NCBI GenBank assembly: GCA_049519175.1
Contig: JBEKQZ010000001.1
Location: forward strand, 335,679 to 399,678
DNA: 64,000 nucleotides
From: Candidatus Levyibacteriota bacterium
GTDB lineage: Bacteria; Patescibacteriota; Microgenomatia; Levybacterales; UBA12049
Direction of reading: 5' to 3'
Below are positions 1 to 9,480 of the stretch, in pieces. The notes beneath the pieces were generated by a model. That model did no database searches. It was not told the origin of the DNA and saw only the letters and a program-made list of their open reading frames with translations. The translations under genes were made by a program, and so were the position numbers. Within the stretch, counting starts at the first letter, position 1, and each line of letters opens with the position of its first letter.

Positions 1-678
1 TATGACAAAGCCTCCGTTATTTCCTTAGGAATAATGGCTGCATGGACAGTGGCAATTTCGGGAGGATACAACACGCCCGTTTTTGCTTCAGGAATACTAT
101 TCTTATGCATATTTTTTTCATTGTATTATTTACTCAATTTAAATAAATCTCTTCAGACAATATTAACCAAAGTCTTAATCGTAATCCTAATTATTATTTT
201 TCCAATTTCCATAGCTAGTTTTTATTTTCTAAGAATTCATAATGTCTACGGCGAGCCTCGTCCGGCAACGCAGTTAACATATAGCGTTGAAAAATTATTG
301 CCGGGAGGAAAGAACATATTTGTTTCAAAAGAAATTTATGTAAAACTTAAGGATTTACAGCTGGCGGAACAAATCGCCAAAAAAGAAAATAAACCCTATG
401 CAATATTGCCGGCCTACGCCGGAATGTGGGTTAAATCCAAACAAGAAAATCCCCTACCGATGGACTTTCCTTTTATTACCAACAGCGAACAAGCTCTGGT
501 CCAGCCGTTAATGAAAGCTCTTAAAAAGGATAAAGGAAAAGTAATTATTATCGTAGATAAGTCCAGCTTAAGTCAACCAGAAGATTACTCAAGTGTGGCA
601 ATTTTCCCAATCTCGTTAATGCCTGGAAAATATTATCAAAAGCTCACCGAGACAAAGTATTTCGTTTTATATCAGTAA
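1..678 (+). CDS. Partial CDS (5' end outside window): C-terminal part of a polytopic membrane protein with an extracytoplasmic tail; function unknown, possibly another GT-C-like glycan-assembly protein
   Basis: Frame is open from base 1 through the annotated ORF 34..678, so the gene continues upstream. Several hydrophobic helices are followed by a soluble tail. No recognisable motif. Confidence 0.4.
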   Translation, partial: YDKASVISLGIMAAWTVAISGGYNTPVFASGILFLCIFFSLYYLLNLNKSLQTILTKVLIVILIIIFPISIASFYFLRIHNVYGEPRPATQLTYSVEKLLPGGKNIFVSKEIYVKLKDLQLAEQIAKKENKPYAILPAYAGMWVKSKQENPLPMDFPFITNSEQALVQPLMKALKKDKGKVIIIVDKSSLSQPEDYSSVAIFPISLMPGKYYQKLTETKYFVLYQ

Positions 679-1387
679 CCTTTATATTTAGATAAGTTTT
701 AAACAGCGATATAAGCATCTTGCTCCCATCACTGAAAACATTGTATTTCGATTTCCTAAGAATTTTCAGGTCATTTTTAACCGGTACTTCAACAACTTTC
801 AAACTAAATCTTTCGGAAAAAATTGCCAGTTGAGCGGAAAAGAAAGCGTTTTGACTGTCGCAATATTTAAGTAATGGAAGGATTACTTCTCTTCTCAAAA
901 AAACTGTTCCCTGGGTGTCTCCGACTTTGGTGTTAAAAAAGATTTTTAACAATTGACGGTAGATTTTAGAAGTAACTTTTCTAATAAACGGAGAATAAGT
1001 AATAGACTGGGGATGGGATTTTGAACCAAAAATAATATCATATCTGTCAGCTATTTTTAACATTTCTTTCAAATCCGAAAATCCAAATGGCAAATCAATT
1101 GCAGTTAGTAGAACATATTCTGCTCTTGTGTTAAAGATTGCCGTTTCCATTGCCAATCCGTGTCCTTTTTCTTTTAGCGTAATCACCTTTAAATTGTTGG
1201 CTGTAAATTTTCCTAGCTCTTTTAAGGTATTATCAGTGCTGCCATTCTCGACAATCAAAATTTCGTAGCTTTTCTTTTTTAAGATTCTCTCTAAACTTTT
1301 TTTTATCTCAATTATTTTAGAATGAATAATTTTTTCTTCGTTGTATACCGGAATACAAAAAGATAAATAATATTGATTATTTGGCAT
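644..1387 (-). CDS. Glycosyltransferase family 2 (Dpm1/polyprenyl-phosphate sugar transferase-like)
   Basis: N-terminus CIPVYNEE...ILIVENGSTDNT and a later DLPF..D block are the typical GT2 Rossmann/DXD architecture. TGA stop at 644-646. Confidence 0.85.
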   Translation of the reverse strand: MPNNQYYLSFCIPVYNEEKIIHSKIIEIKKSLERILKKKSYEILIVENGSTDNTLKELGKFTANNLKVITLKEKGHGLAMETAIFNTRAEYVLLTAIDLPFGFSDLKEMLKIADRYDIIFGSKSHPQSITYSPFIRKVTSKIYRQLLKIFFNTKVGDTQGTVFLRREVILPLLKYCDSQNAFFSAQLAIFSERFSLKVVEVPVKNDLKILRKSKYNVFSDGSKMLISLFKTYLNIKVTDIKRNTLSR

Positions 1388-1498
1388 TGTTTAAAATTAT
1401 TAGCTGATAGTTGTTACATTATAACAAAATATGCGAGCAACATTCTATCTGCTTGTGCCGTTTTAGGCAATGTCGTATACTTACAATCATTAAAAGTT

Positions 1499-2149
1499 AT
1501 GTTTACCGACAAAACAATTCTGGCAATTTCTCCTCATACCGATGACGTAGAGCTTGCCTGTGGAGGAGCAATAGCGGAGCTTACCGCTCATGGATCCCGC
1601 GTATATTATGTTGGTCTTTCGGATTGCCAAGACACATTAATCAATACCAGATTTCCAATCGATCAGTTAGCAAAAGAATGTAGGTCCGCTTTAAGAATTC
1701 TGGGAGTTAAAAATAAAGACATTTCTATTTTTCAACATCAGAATAAATTTTTTTGCCAGGATCCTAAGCAAATATTTAAGACTTTAGAGAAATTGCGCGA
1801 CAGTATCCAACCGGACCTTGTTTTAATTCCCGACGTTAATCAAACACATCAGGATCACAAAGTGGTTGCCGAGCAGGCAATTAGTGTTTTCAGAAGAAAA
1901 ACTTCGATGCTTTCCTATGAACAACCATGGAATGACTTGCAATTTACTCCTGATTTCTTTATTCAAATTTCCGCTAAATCGCTCTCTCTTAAAATGAAAG
2001 CCATAAAAACATACAAAACCCAAGTCGCTTTTAAAAGAGGTTACCTTTCCAAAGAATTTATTTATGGACTGGCTGCTGTCAGAGGTGTGCAGATAAACGT
2101 GCAATATGCCGAAGGATTTAAAGTGGTTAAGTTTATCGAAAAACTATGA
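1499..2149 (+). CDS. PIG-L/LmbE-family N-acetylglucosaminyl deacetylase
   Basis: ILAISPHTDDVELACGGAIA... is the PIG-L signature (HxDD, metal-binding). The ORF track starts at 1373, but the first 42 aa are non-conserved and overlap the divergent GT2 gene. ATG at 1499 is the likely start. Confidence 0.8.
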   Translation: MFTDKTILAISPHTDDVELACGGAIAELTAHGSRVYYVGLSDCQDTLINTRFPIDQLAKECRSALRILGVKNKDISIFQHQNKFFCQDPKQIFKTLEKLRDSIQPDLVLIPDVNQTHQDHKVVAEQAISVFRRKTSMLSYEQPWNDLQFTPDFFIQISAKSLSLKMKAIKTYKTQVAFKRGYLSKEFIYGLAAVRGVQINVQYAEGFKVVKFIEKL

Positions 2150-3216
2150 GGGAGTTAAAAATTCTTCTAACAGGCAGTGGTGCGCCCGGATGGGTGAGTA
2201 TTTATAGATGTTTAAAAGCCGCCGACAGAAATTTGGAAATTTTAGGTTGTGATATTTCTTCTAAAACCGCAGGCGGATACATTGCCAAGAAATCATTTAC
2301 TGTCTCTCCGGGAAATTCACCCAAATATATCGGCGAATTACTTTCTCTTTGCGTTAAGGAAAAAGTGGATGTTGTTTTACCGATTACCGACGCGGAATTA
2401 TTGCCGTTGGCAAAAAAGAGCGGTTTGTTCGAAAAGAAAGGAATTAAAATTTGCGTTTCGTCAGTTGCCTCTTTACAGATAGCCGCCGATAAATTATCTC
2501 TTTTTCGATTTTTAGAAAAAAACGGTTTAGGGAACCCTCAATATCAATTGGTAAATTCATGGAAAGGTTTCGTCGTAGCGATAAAAAAACTGGGATATCC
2601 CAAGAAAGCGGTTTGTTTTAAACCAACTATTTCTTGGGGAAGCCGCGGCTTCCGTATTCTTGATCCAAAAATTAATGCTTATACTATTTACATTCAGCAG
2701 AAACCAACCAGCGTCTACACTTCTTTGGAAGAAATGGAAAGAATCCTCAATCAGGCAAAACAGTTCCCACAGTTATTAGTGATGGAATATTTGCCGGGAG
2801 ATGAATATACTGTTGATGTTTTTGTATCTCAAGGACAAGCGCTTTTTGTTATTCCCAGAAAGCGTATTCAAACAACGGGTGGCATTACTACGGAAGGAGT
2901 AGTTGAAAATAATAAAGAAATAATTGCGTTAAGTAAAAAGATAATTGAGAAGTTGGGACTAAATTATTCGGTCGGCGTGCAACTTAAATATAGCATCAAT
3001 GGCAAACCAAAAGTTCTGGAAGTAAATCCCCGCTTGCAAGGGACATCGGTTATTTCTTTTGCAGCTGGAGTAAATTTACCATACCTAACCATTTTGCAAT
3101 CTCAAGAAAAGAAATTACCCAAAATAAAAATTAAATATGGTATCCATATGTACCGCCATTGGGAAGAGATATTCATAAAGAACAAAAAAGTTATTAAAAT
3201 ATTTAATGAAGATTAA
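2146..3216 (+). CDS. ATP-grasp domain ligase (carboxylate-amine ligase, PylC/CPSase-like)
   Basis: Central and C-terminal ATP-grasp blocks (..EYLPGDEYTVDVF.., ..LEVNPRLQGTSV..). Start overlaps the deacetylase stop (ATGA). Confidence 0.7.
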   Translation: MRELKILLTGSGAPGWVSIYRCLKAADRNLEILGCDISSKTAGGYIAKKSFTVSPGNSPKYIGELLSLCVKEKVDVVLPITDAELLPLAKKSGLFEKKGIKICVSSVASLQIAADKLSLFRFLEKNGLGNPQYQLVNSWKGFVVAIKKLGYPKKAVCFKPTISWGSRGFRILDPKINAYTIYIQQKPTSVYTSLEEMERILNQAKQFPQLLVMEYLPGDEYTVDVFVSQGQALFVIPRKRIQTTGGITTEGVVENNKEIIALSKKIIEKLGLNYSVGVQLKYSINGKPKVLEVNPRLQGTSVISFAAGVNLPYLTILQSQEKKLPKIKIKYGIHMYRHWEEIFIKNKKVIKIFNED

Positions 3217-3826
3217 TTGGAGTTATCATATTCATACTAGTTATACGCATGGGCAGAATTCTGTTGAGCAAATTGCCGCATATTGTAAAAAGCTGAAAAT
3301 ACAGGAAATTGCGATTACCGAGCATGTCCGCCGTAAACCTTCTTATCAATTTAATAAATTACGTAATGACATTATTAATGCAGCGGAAAAACATGACATT
3401 CAAATATTTACAGGAATCGAAGCAAAAATTCTTCCCGACGGTTCATTGGACGCGCCAATAGATATCCTTTCTAAAGCGGACGTCGTTATTGGTTCCGTAC
3501 ATAGTTGGCCGGAAAATAAGAGCTTAATGGATGCATATACGCTGCTTGTCAAATCGCCGGCAACAATTATCGGACATCCGAAAATAGTGAATGAAGGACT
3601 TATCAGATTGCTCATTAAATATAAAAAGGTAATGGAGGTAAGTTATAAATATCCATTAAATGATAAGCAATTATGTTTAATACAAAAATTTCCTAAATTG
3701 AAGCTGTCGTTTGGAACTGACGCGCATCAATTAGCGGATATCAAAAACGCCCAAGAATATTTCTATGAAATAAGCAAAAAATATAATTTTACAAATCAAC
3801 TTTGGAAAATTGGCAAAAAAGTATAA
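3206..3826 (+). CDS. PHP-domain phosphoesterase (histidinol-phosphatase/CpsB-like)
   Basis: N-terminal HIHTSYTHG...ITEH metal-binding His motifs of the PHP family. Overlaps upstream gene by 11 nt. Confidence 0.65.
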   Translation: MKINWSYHIHTSYTHGQNSVEQIAAYCKKLKIQEIAITEHVRRKPSYQFNKLRNDIINAAEKHDIQIFTGIEAKILPDGSLDAPIDILSKADVVIGSVHSWPENKSLMDAYTLLVKSPATIIGHPKIVNEGLIRLLIKYKKVMEVSYKYPLNDKQLCLIQKFPKLKLSFGTDAHQLADIKNAQEYFYEISKKYNFTNQLWKIGKKV

Positions 3827-3858
3827 AAATTAAACTGCCCGCGTTTTTAAAAAGTGCG

Positions 3859-3887
3859 TTGTTTACTGACAATAGCTATACTATAAT
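3859..3887 (+). promoter_or_regulatory. Sigma70-like promoter TTGTTT-N17-TATAAT, 6 nt upstream of the ATG at 3894 (possible leaderless transcript)
   Basis: TTGTTT at 3859-3864, 17-nt spacer, perfect TATAAT at 3882-3887. No Shine-Dalgarno fits between -10 and ATG. Confidence 0.35.
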
Positions 3888-3893
3888 ACGGAA

Positions 3894-4850
3894 ATGAATG
3901 TTGCGGTGATAGGCGTCGGACAAATGGGCAGGACTCATGCTAGAACATACGCTGGGATGAAAGATGTATCTTTGGTCGCAGTCTCCGATCTAAACGTCCA
4001 ACTTGGCGAAAAAACAGCCAGAGAATTTAAGACAAAATTTTATCAGGATTATAAACAGATGCTCCAGATGGAAAAAATCGATGCGGTCTCAATCTGTGTT
4101 CCTACGAAGTTTCATTATGAAGTAGCAAAATATACTATTAATAATAAGCTTAATACCCTGTTGGAGAAACCAATCACAATGGATGTTAAAGAAGGATATA
4201 ATTTGTTGGCTATGGCAAAAAAAAATAGGGTAAAGTTTCTGGTCGGGCATATTGAAAGATTTAATCCGGCAGTAATAAAAGTTAAGGAAATGATAGCCGC
4301 AAAAGAATTGGGAGAAATTATTGCGATTATGTCACGCCGCGTCGGAGGCTTCCCTCCACAAATTGACGATGCAAATATCGCCGTTGACTTATCGATTCAT
4401 GATATTGATGTCGTTAACTATTTGCTGGGCGATAGTCCGAAAAAAGTTTATGTCAATAAACAGAAAAATCATATTACTCAAAGAGAAGATTCAGTCGAGT
4501 TTTTTCTAAAATATAAAAAAGCGTCGGCATTTTTGCAAGCTAATTGGGTAACTCCGGTAAAAATTAGGAAACTGAATATTACCGGTAAAGAGGGTTACTT
4601 GGAGATGGATTACATTACACAAGAAATAACCTACTATAAAAGTAATTACCGTAAATTTAAAAAAAGATATAAAACTTTTTCGGATTACGTGTTGGAATTT
4701 TCTAAACCTAAAAAAACAAAAGTTTTAGTCGAAAAAAAAGAACCGTTAAAAGAAGAAATTACGTATTTTTTGAATTGCGTTAGGGAAAATATTCGGATTA
4801 ATTCGCAATTTGCGGTCGAAGCGCTCAAAATTGCATTAACAAATAACTAG
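3894..4850 (+). CDS. Gfo/Idh/MocA-family NAD-dependent sugar-nucleotide oxidoreductase (WbpB-like)
   Basis: N-terminal Rossmann MNVAVIGVGQMGRTHA and an EKP motif. TAG stop at 4848-4850 immediately followed by the next ATG. Confidence 0.85.
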   Translation: MNVAVIGVGQMGRTHARTYAGMKDVSLVAVSDLNVQLGEKTAREFKTKFYQDYKQMLQMEKIDAVSICVPTKFHYEVAKYTINNKLNTLLEKPITMDVKEGYNLLAMAKKNRVKFLVGHIERFNPAVIKVKEMIAAKELGEIIAIMSRRVGGFPPQIDDANIAVDLSIHDIDVVNYLLGDSPKKVYVNKQKNHITQREDSVEFFLKYKKASAFLQANWVTPVKIRKLNITGKEGYLEMDYITQEITYYKSNYRKFKKRYKTFSDYVLEFSKPKKTKVLVEKKEPLKEEITYFLNCVRENIRINSQFAVEALKIALTNN

Positions 4851-5345
4851 ATGATACACAAAACAGCCGATATCCATAGCACAGCGAAAATTGACAAAAC
4901 CAGTTCGGTTTGGAATTGGGTTAAGGTTCGGGAGAAGGCGGTTGTCGGTAAGAATTGCATATTGGCTAAAGGAGTTTACGTTGGGAAAAGAGTTTTAATT
5001 GGTGACAATGTCAAAATCCAAAATAACGCCTCAATTTATGAGGGAGTGACTATAGAAGACGGTGTATTTATTGGTCCGCACGTAGTTTTTACCAATGACA
5101 AGTATCCGTCGGCAATAAATGCTCAAGGCAAAATAAAAAGTGAAAAAGATTGGAAACTCGAAAAAACAATTGTGAAACAGGGAGCGTCAATTGGCGCTAA
5201 TGCAACTATTTTACCGGGAATCATAATAGGTAGATGCGCAATGATCGGAGCCGGTTCCGTTGTGACAAAGGATGTTCCTGATTTTGGACTTGTTTATGGT
5301 AATCCGGCAAAACTGATTAAAAAACTGAAGAGGAGTCATAAATGA
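4851..5345 (+). CDS. Hexapeptide-repeat (left-handed beta-helix) sugar N-acetyltransferase (WbpD/WbbJ-like)
   Basis: Repeated [LIV]G.N..I hexapeptide units throughout. Sits between the oxidoreductase and the aminotransferase. Confidence 0.8.
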   Translation: MIHKTADIHSTAKIDKTSSVWNWVKVREKAVVGKNCILAKGVYVGKRVLIGDNVKIQNNASIYEGVTIEDGVFIGPHVVFTNDKYPSAINAQGKIKSEKDWKLEKTIVKQGASIGANATILPGIIIGRCAMIGAGSVVTKDVPDFGLVYGNPAKLIKKLKRSHK

Positions 5346-6430
5346 TTGCGATATCAAAGCTTGAATTAGGTAGAGAAGAGTTGTTAGCAGTATCGAAAGT
5401 AATAAAATCAGGAAATCTGACTCAAGGGAAAAAAGTGGCAGAGTTTGAGCAGGCTTTTGCAAAGTTTATTGGAGCAAAATATGCCGTGGCAGTTTCCAGC
5501 GGAACTAGCGCACTTTATCTAAGCCTATTGGCTTTAGGTATTGGTAAAGGTGACGAAGTCATCACTACGCCATTTAGTTTTATTGCTTCTTCCAATGCCA
5601 TTCTTTACACAGGAGCCAAGCCGGTTTTTGTGGACATAGATGAAAAAACTTTTAATATAGATACTAAATTGATTGAAAGGAGAATCACTAAAAAAACAAA
5701 AGCTATTCTGCCCGTGCATCTTTATGGTCTGCCGTGCGACATAAAAAATATCATAAGCATTGCCAGAAAACACCAGCTGTTTGTAATTGAAGACGCTTGC
5801 CAAGCCCATGGTGCTTCGTTTGGAAATCAAATGGTAGGGACTTTTGGAAATCTTGGTTGTTTTTCTTTTTACGCTACAAAGAATATGACCACGGTTGAGG
5901 GAGGTATGATTACAACCAACAGTCAAAAATTAGCGGAAAAATTACTGTTATTAAGAAACCATGGTTCTAAAATAAAATATCAGCATGAAATTCTTGGATA
6001 TAATTTTAGGATGACTGACCTTAACGCCGCAATGGGCTTAGAACAATTAAAAAAACTGCAGAATTCTAATAAGATTAGAGTTAACAATGCCAGCTATCTT
6101 ACGCAGCATTTGTCAAAAAATAAAAACCTTGAAGTTCCTTTTGTTCCGCCCGAGTTTTCTCATGTTTTTCATCAGTATACAATCCGGTTAGGCGAAAGTA
6201 TCAATCGCACCAAGATAATTGCAGCTTTAGATAAAAAGGGAATACAAACAGGAATTTATTATCCAATCCCAATTCACAAACAAAAACTTTATCAATCCCT
6301 GGGATTTAAAGATAAACTTCCTGTTGCCGAGAAAGCGGCTCAAGCAGTATTATCTTTGCCGGTTCACCCATATTTAACCAAGACAGAACTTAAGCGAATC
6401 GTTTCCGCGCTTTCTTCAATTTTGCAATAA
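5342..6430 (+). CDS. DegT/DnrJ/EryC1/StrS-family PLP-dependent sugar aminotransferase (WbpE-like)
   Basis: Family-typical blocks: [40 protein letters not shown] (Lys-PLP region). ATGA overlap with upstream gene. Confidence 0.9.
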   Translation: MIAISKLELGREELLAVSKVIKSGNLTQGKKVAEFEQAFAKFIGAKYAVAVSSGTSALYLSLLALGIGKGDEVITTPFSFIASSNAILYTGAKPVFVDIDEKTFNIDTKLIERRITKKTKAILPVHLYGLPCDIKNIISIARKHQLFVIEDACQAHGASFGNQMVGTFGNLGCFSFYATKNMTTVEGGMITTNSQKLAEKLLLLRNHGSKIKYQHEILGYNFRMTDLNAAMGLEQLKKLQNSNKIRVNNASYLTQHLSKNKNLEVPFVPPEFSHVFHQYTIRLGESINRTKIIAALDKKGIQTGIYYPIPIHKQKLYQSLGFKDKLPVAEKAAQAVLSLPVHPYLTKTELKRIVSALSSILQ

Positions 6431-8189
6431 GCGTTGGATTTTTGCAGAAAACAAAGATGGTATAGCTTAAAATAGCTATTAGCGCTAAGATAAATCCAGA
6501 TTTCAAGATTTGCAGTATTGGTGGGTCTTTGTAGGCAACCATAATTTGTGTTTTGCCTTTGGGAATAGTAAAAGTAATGATGCCGGGATATCTTTTGTTA
6601 GTAAAATTAATCTCCGTTTGCTTTCCGTTAACGCTAACTGTCCAACCCGGATAATATAAAGTATTTTCTTTTAATACTGCGTCTCCTGTAGAGTTTACAG
6701 AGTAAAAATGCTTTGTGGATGTAATACTTAACACTTTTATTTCTGCTTGTCCTTTTAGCGTATCGATTTTACTGTCTGGAATTTTGTTAATCCAAACCGG
6801 CTGGTTACTAAACCAGATGCTATTTGCGATGTAATTTAGTCCCTCTCCTTGGTAGGTACTTAAAGGAAGGTTGTTTATCAATTGCGTGTCTGTAATTTGC
6901 GGAATGACTCTCCTGTTCCCCCAGTTTAAAATTGTAGAGCTGATAGCTAAGCCGATTACCAGCCAAACGATAACTTTTCTATTTCTATTTATAAGCGCGA
7001 AATAACCGGCAGCAAAGGAAATACCAAGTGTTATGACTGAAAGTATCCGACTACTCATCAATACATTCTTAAGCATTGGGGTGTTGAGCCAAATTATTGA
7101 GGAATATGGTGTGAGCATAAAGATTAAAAAGGCAGTCGTAGCTAACCAAATCGTAACTTCCATTGCGTATCTTGCTTTGGTCTTTTTAAGCAAGAGGTAA
7201 ACTAAAAGATATCCGAGTATAAAAAGTTGAGCATAGCCGATAAGATATGACAACTCTCCCTTTGGTCCTTGAAACAACAATCCGTATCTCCATGGTGAAT
7301 AAAGCAACTCTCTGACGCTAATAAAGCTTGGCAGTGCGTTAAAAAGCGTGGAAGACAGGTTGTATTTGGCAAAGATTAAATACGGTAACCAAACATAACT
7401 TGAAATTAGAATACCCAGTAAGAAAGCGGCTGCCAGTTTCATCCAAAGCCGAATTTGTCGTATTCTTTCTTGATTTTGCAAAAACTGAATTAATAAAAAG
7501 GCAACGATAGGAAAAAGAGCTAATAACGCAATTGCCTGATGTGACATTATCAAAAGAGCAAAACTTAATGCCGTCCAGAAAATGTAGACGATAGCCCCCC
7601 GCTTAAAAAGCCGGTAGGTAAAAAATAGCAAAAGCGGAATAAGTGTAAAGCAGAGAATCTCTCCGACATCGATTCTGAAATGTAAATCTACGAAGTGGTA
7701 AGGCATAAACAGATAAAAAATAGAGGAAGTGAAGGCCGCTAAATCATTTTTAAGCGTTTCTTTTGCCAAAAGATACATAAATAGCCCCGAGAGTATGTAA
7801 GCTAATGCAATGAAGATTTTCATGCTAGCAATAAACGAAAAATTCAAAAAATGAAAAAAGGAAATCAAATAATAGGGGAGTGGATTAAGAAAGACGAATA
7901 GGGGATACCCATAGGTAGCATTCAATTTCCCCGCCCATGATGGTAGTAAATTGCCGTCAACGAGATTCTGATAAAAAGCGATCGCTCTGTAAATGTGTAA
8001 GTTGAAATCCCCGCTTTCATAAACACCGGCTCTTAGTAAGCTTACGAGAGGCAGAAACGAAATGATAAGTAAAAAAATGAATAAATTAATTTTTCTTTTT
8101 GGGAAAATATACCGGTAAAAAAACGCTACTCCAAAGACCAGTAAGCAACCGATAAAATTAATAAATACCATTTGATAAGGTCCAATCAT
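6390..8189 (-). CDS. Large polytopic membrane protein with C-terminal extracytoplasmic domain; putative GT-C-fold glycosyltransferase or glycan polymerase
   Basis: About 12 predicted hydrophobic helices in the first ~430 aa, then a soluble ~170-aa domain. Overlaps the 3' end of the aminotransferase gene by 41 nt, convergently. Confidence 0.45.
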   Translation of the reverse strand: MIGPYQMVFINFIGCLLVFGVAFFYRYIFPKRKINLFIFLLIISFLPLVSLLRAGVYESGDFNLHIYRAIAFYQNLVDGNLLPSWAGKLNATYGYPLFVFLNPLPYYLISFFHFLNFSFIASMKIFIALAYILSGLFMYLLAKETLKNDLAAFTSSIFYLFMPYHFVDLHFRIDVGEILCFTLIPLLLFFTYRLFKRGAIVYIFWTALSFALLIMSHQAIALLALFPIVAFLLIQFLQNQERIRQIRLWMKLAAAFLLGILISSYVWLPYLIFAKYNLSSTLFNALPSFISVRELLYSPWRYGLLFQGPKGELSYLIGYAQLFILGYLLVYLLLKKTKARYAMEVTIWLATTAFLIFMLTPYSSIIWLNTPMLKNVLMSSRILSVITLGISFAAGYFALINRNRKVIVWLVIGLAISSTILNWGNRRVIPQITDTQLINNLPLSTYQGEGLNYIANSIWFSNQPVWINKIPDSKIDTLKGQAEIKVLSITSTKHFYSVNSTGDAVLKENTLYYPGWTVSVNGKQTEINFTNKRYPGIITFTIPKGKTQIMVAYKDPPILQILKSGFILALIAILSYTIFVFCKNPTLIAKLKKARKRFA

Positions 8190-8253
8190 AATTATCTAAA
8201 ACTGTGGTTTAATTATAGCGCAATGTGTTATACTCTGCCTACGGATTTATAAC

Positions 8254-9480
8254 ATGAAAACTTCTCTAATCTGTACGGTTGTAAACGAGGAAAAAACAAT
8301 TGCTGATTTTTTAAGTTCTATTTTCAATCAAACAAAATTGCCCGACGAAATAATAATTGTTGACGGCGGTTCAAGGGATAATACTATAGCTAAAATTTCC
8401 AATTTCCAATTTCCAATTTCCAAAAAGAAACTGCCAAATATCAAACTTTTGTTCAAAGTTGGAAACCGGTCGGTTGGTAGAAATGAGGCAATTAATAAAG
8501 CCACCGGAGATATAATTTTAATTTCCGACGCAGGTTGTATCTTGGACAAAAACTGGGTGAAAAATATTACCGCTCCCTTTTCGAATAGAAAGGTTGATGT
8601 AGTTGCGGGTTATTACAAAGGAGACGCAAAAAATATTTTCCAAAAATGTCTTATTCCTTATGTTTTAGTGATGGAAGATAAGCTGGTAGAAAATGATTTT
8701 TTGCCGGCAACCAGATCAATGGCTCTTCGAAAAACAGTTTGGAGAAAAGTAGGAAAATTCGATGAAAAACTTTCGCATAACGAGGACTACGCTTTCGCCA
8801 ACAAATTAAAAAAACACAAAGCGGAAATATTTTTTTGTAAAGACGCGGTTGTTAATTGGATTCCTAGAGCAAATTTAAAACAGGCTTTTGTTATGTTTTT
8901 TCGCTTTGCGTTGGGCGACGCAGAGGCAAAAATTTTTCGGGGTAAAGTAGTTTTCATTTTCCTAAGATATCTGTCTGCAATTTATTTACTTACACTTTGC
9001 TTAATTATGCACTCCGTGTTTCTTTGGATAATCTACATTTTTCTGGTTCTTCTATATGTCAATTGGACGATCTTAAAAAATTACAAATACGTCAATAACA
9101 TTAAGGCGTTTATATATTTACCCTTGTTGCAAATTACGTCGGACATCGCAGTCATGTCCGGTACAACGTATGGTCTAATTAAATTACCAGGGAATAATAT
9201 TAGATTTGTAAGAAGATCAAATAATGAATTTAAAAAGGTAATTATAAAAACGATTTTTGTCTACTTACTATCCATGGCTATTTTATTCGCCGGTTTCAGA
9301 AAGATAAGAGCCTTAATTCCACCGCCTGAAATATCGGAAGAAAAACTGGTAGGTTACGCGCAGTATTTTGGTTATCCGTTATCCTATGACACATATATTT
9401 TCATAGTAATAATACTGCTGCCGATTATTATTCTTATATTCTTCTCCTTTAAAATAAGAACAAATGAAAAGAGTAATTAA
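8254..9480 (+). CDS. Glycosyltransferase family 2 with C-terminal transmembrane segments
   Basis: ICTVVNEEKTI...IIVDGGSRDNT and a DAG block give the GT2 core. Contains the heptanucleotide repeat at 8394-8421. Confidence 0.8.
   Translation: MKTSLICTVVNEEKTIADFLSSIFNQTKLPDEIIIVDGGSRDNTIAKISNFQFPISKKKLPNIKLLFKVGNRSVGRNEAINKATGDIILISDAGCILDKNWVKNITAPFSNRKVDVVAGYYKGDAKNIFQKCLIPYVLVMEDKLVENDFLPATRSMALRKTVWRKVGKFDEKLSHNEDYAFANKLKKHKAEIFFCKDAVVNWIPRANLKQAFVMFFRFALGDAEAKIFRGKVVFIFLRYLSAIYLLTLCLIMHSVFLWIIYIFLVLLYVNWTILKNYKYVNNIKAFIYLPLLQITSDIAVMSGTTYGLIKLPGNNIRFVRRSNNEFKKVIIKTIFVYLLSMAILFAGFRKIRALIPPPEISEEKLVGYAQYFGYPLSYDTYIFIVIILLPIIILIFFSFKIRTNEKSN
8394..8421. repeat. Perfect tandem heptanucleotide repeat (AATTTCC)x4 inside the GT2 coding sequence
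   Basis: Units at 8394-8400, 8401-8407, 8408-8414 and 8415-8421. The unit length is not a multiple of 3. Confidence 0.9.

Noticed and set aside
644-646. Possible alternative genetic code (TGA = Gly, as in some candidate phyla)
   Set aside because: TGA terminates confident genes at their expected C-termini, for example the GT2 at 644-646 and pyrG at 50310-50312. TAG terminates the oxidoreductase at 4848-4850. The standard code is therefore assumed.
1373-1498. Longer N-terminal extension of the PIG-L deacetylase ORF
   Set aside because: The first 42 codons are non-conserved and overlap the divergent GT2 gene's 5' end. The PIG-L motif begins right after the ATG at 1499.
1823-2104. Short ORFs embedded antisense or out-of-frame inside confident genes, for example 1823..2104, 2249..2482, 3400..3615, 29941..30348, 32033..32473, 36721..37089, 38438..38851, 44311..44616 and 58320..58964
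   Set aside because: Each lies wholly within a longer, conserved, well-supported CDS on the other strand or frame. They have no start context or conservation features and are typical shadow ORFs.
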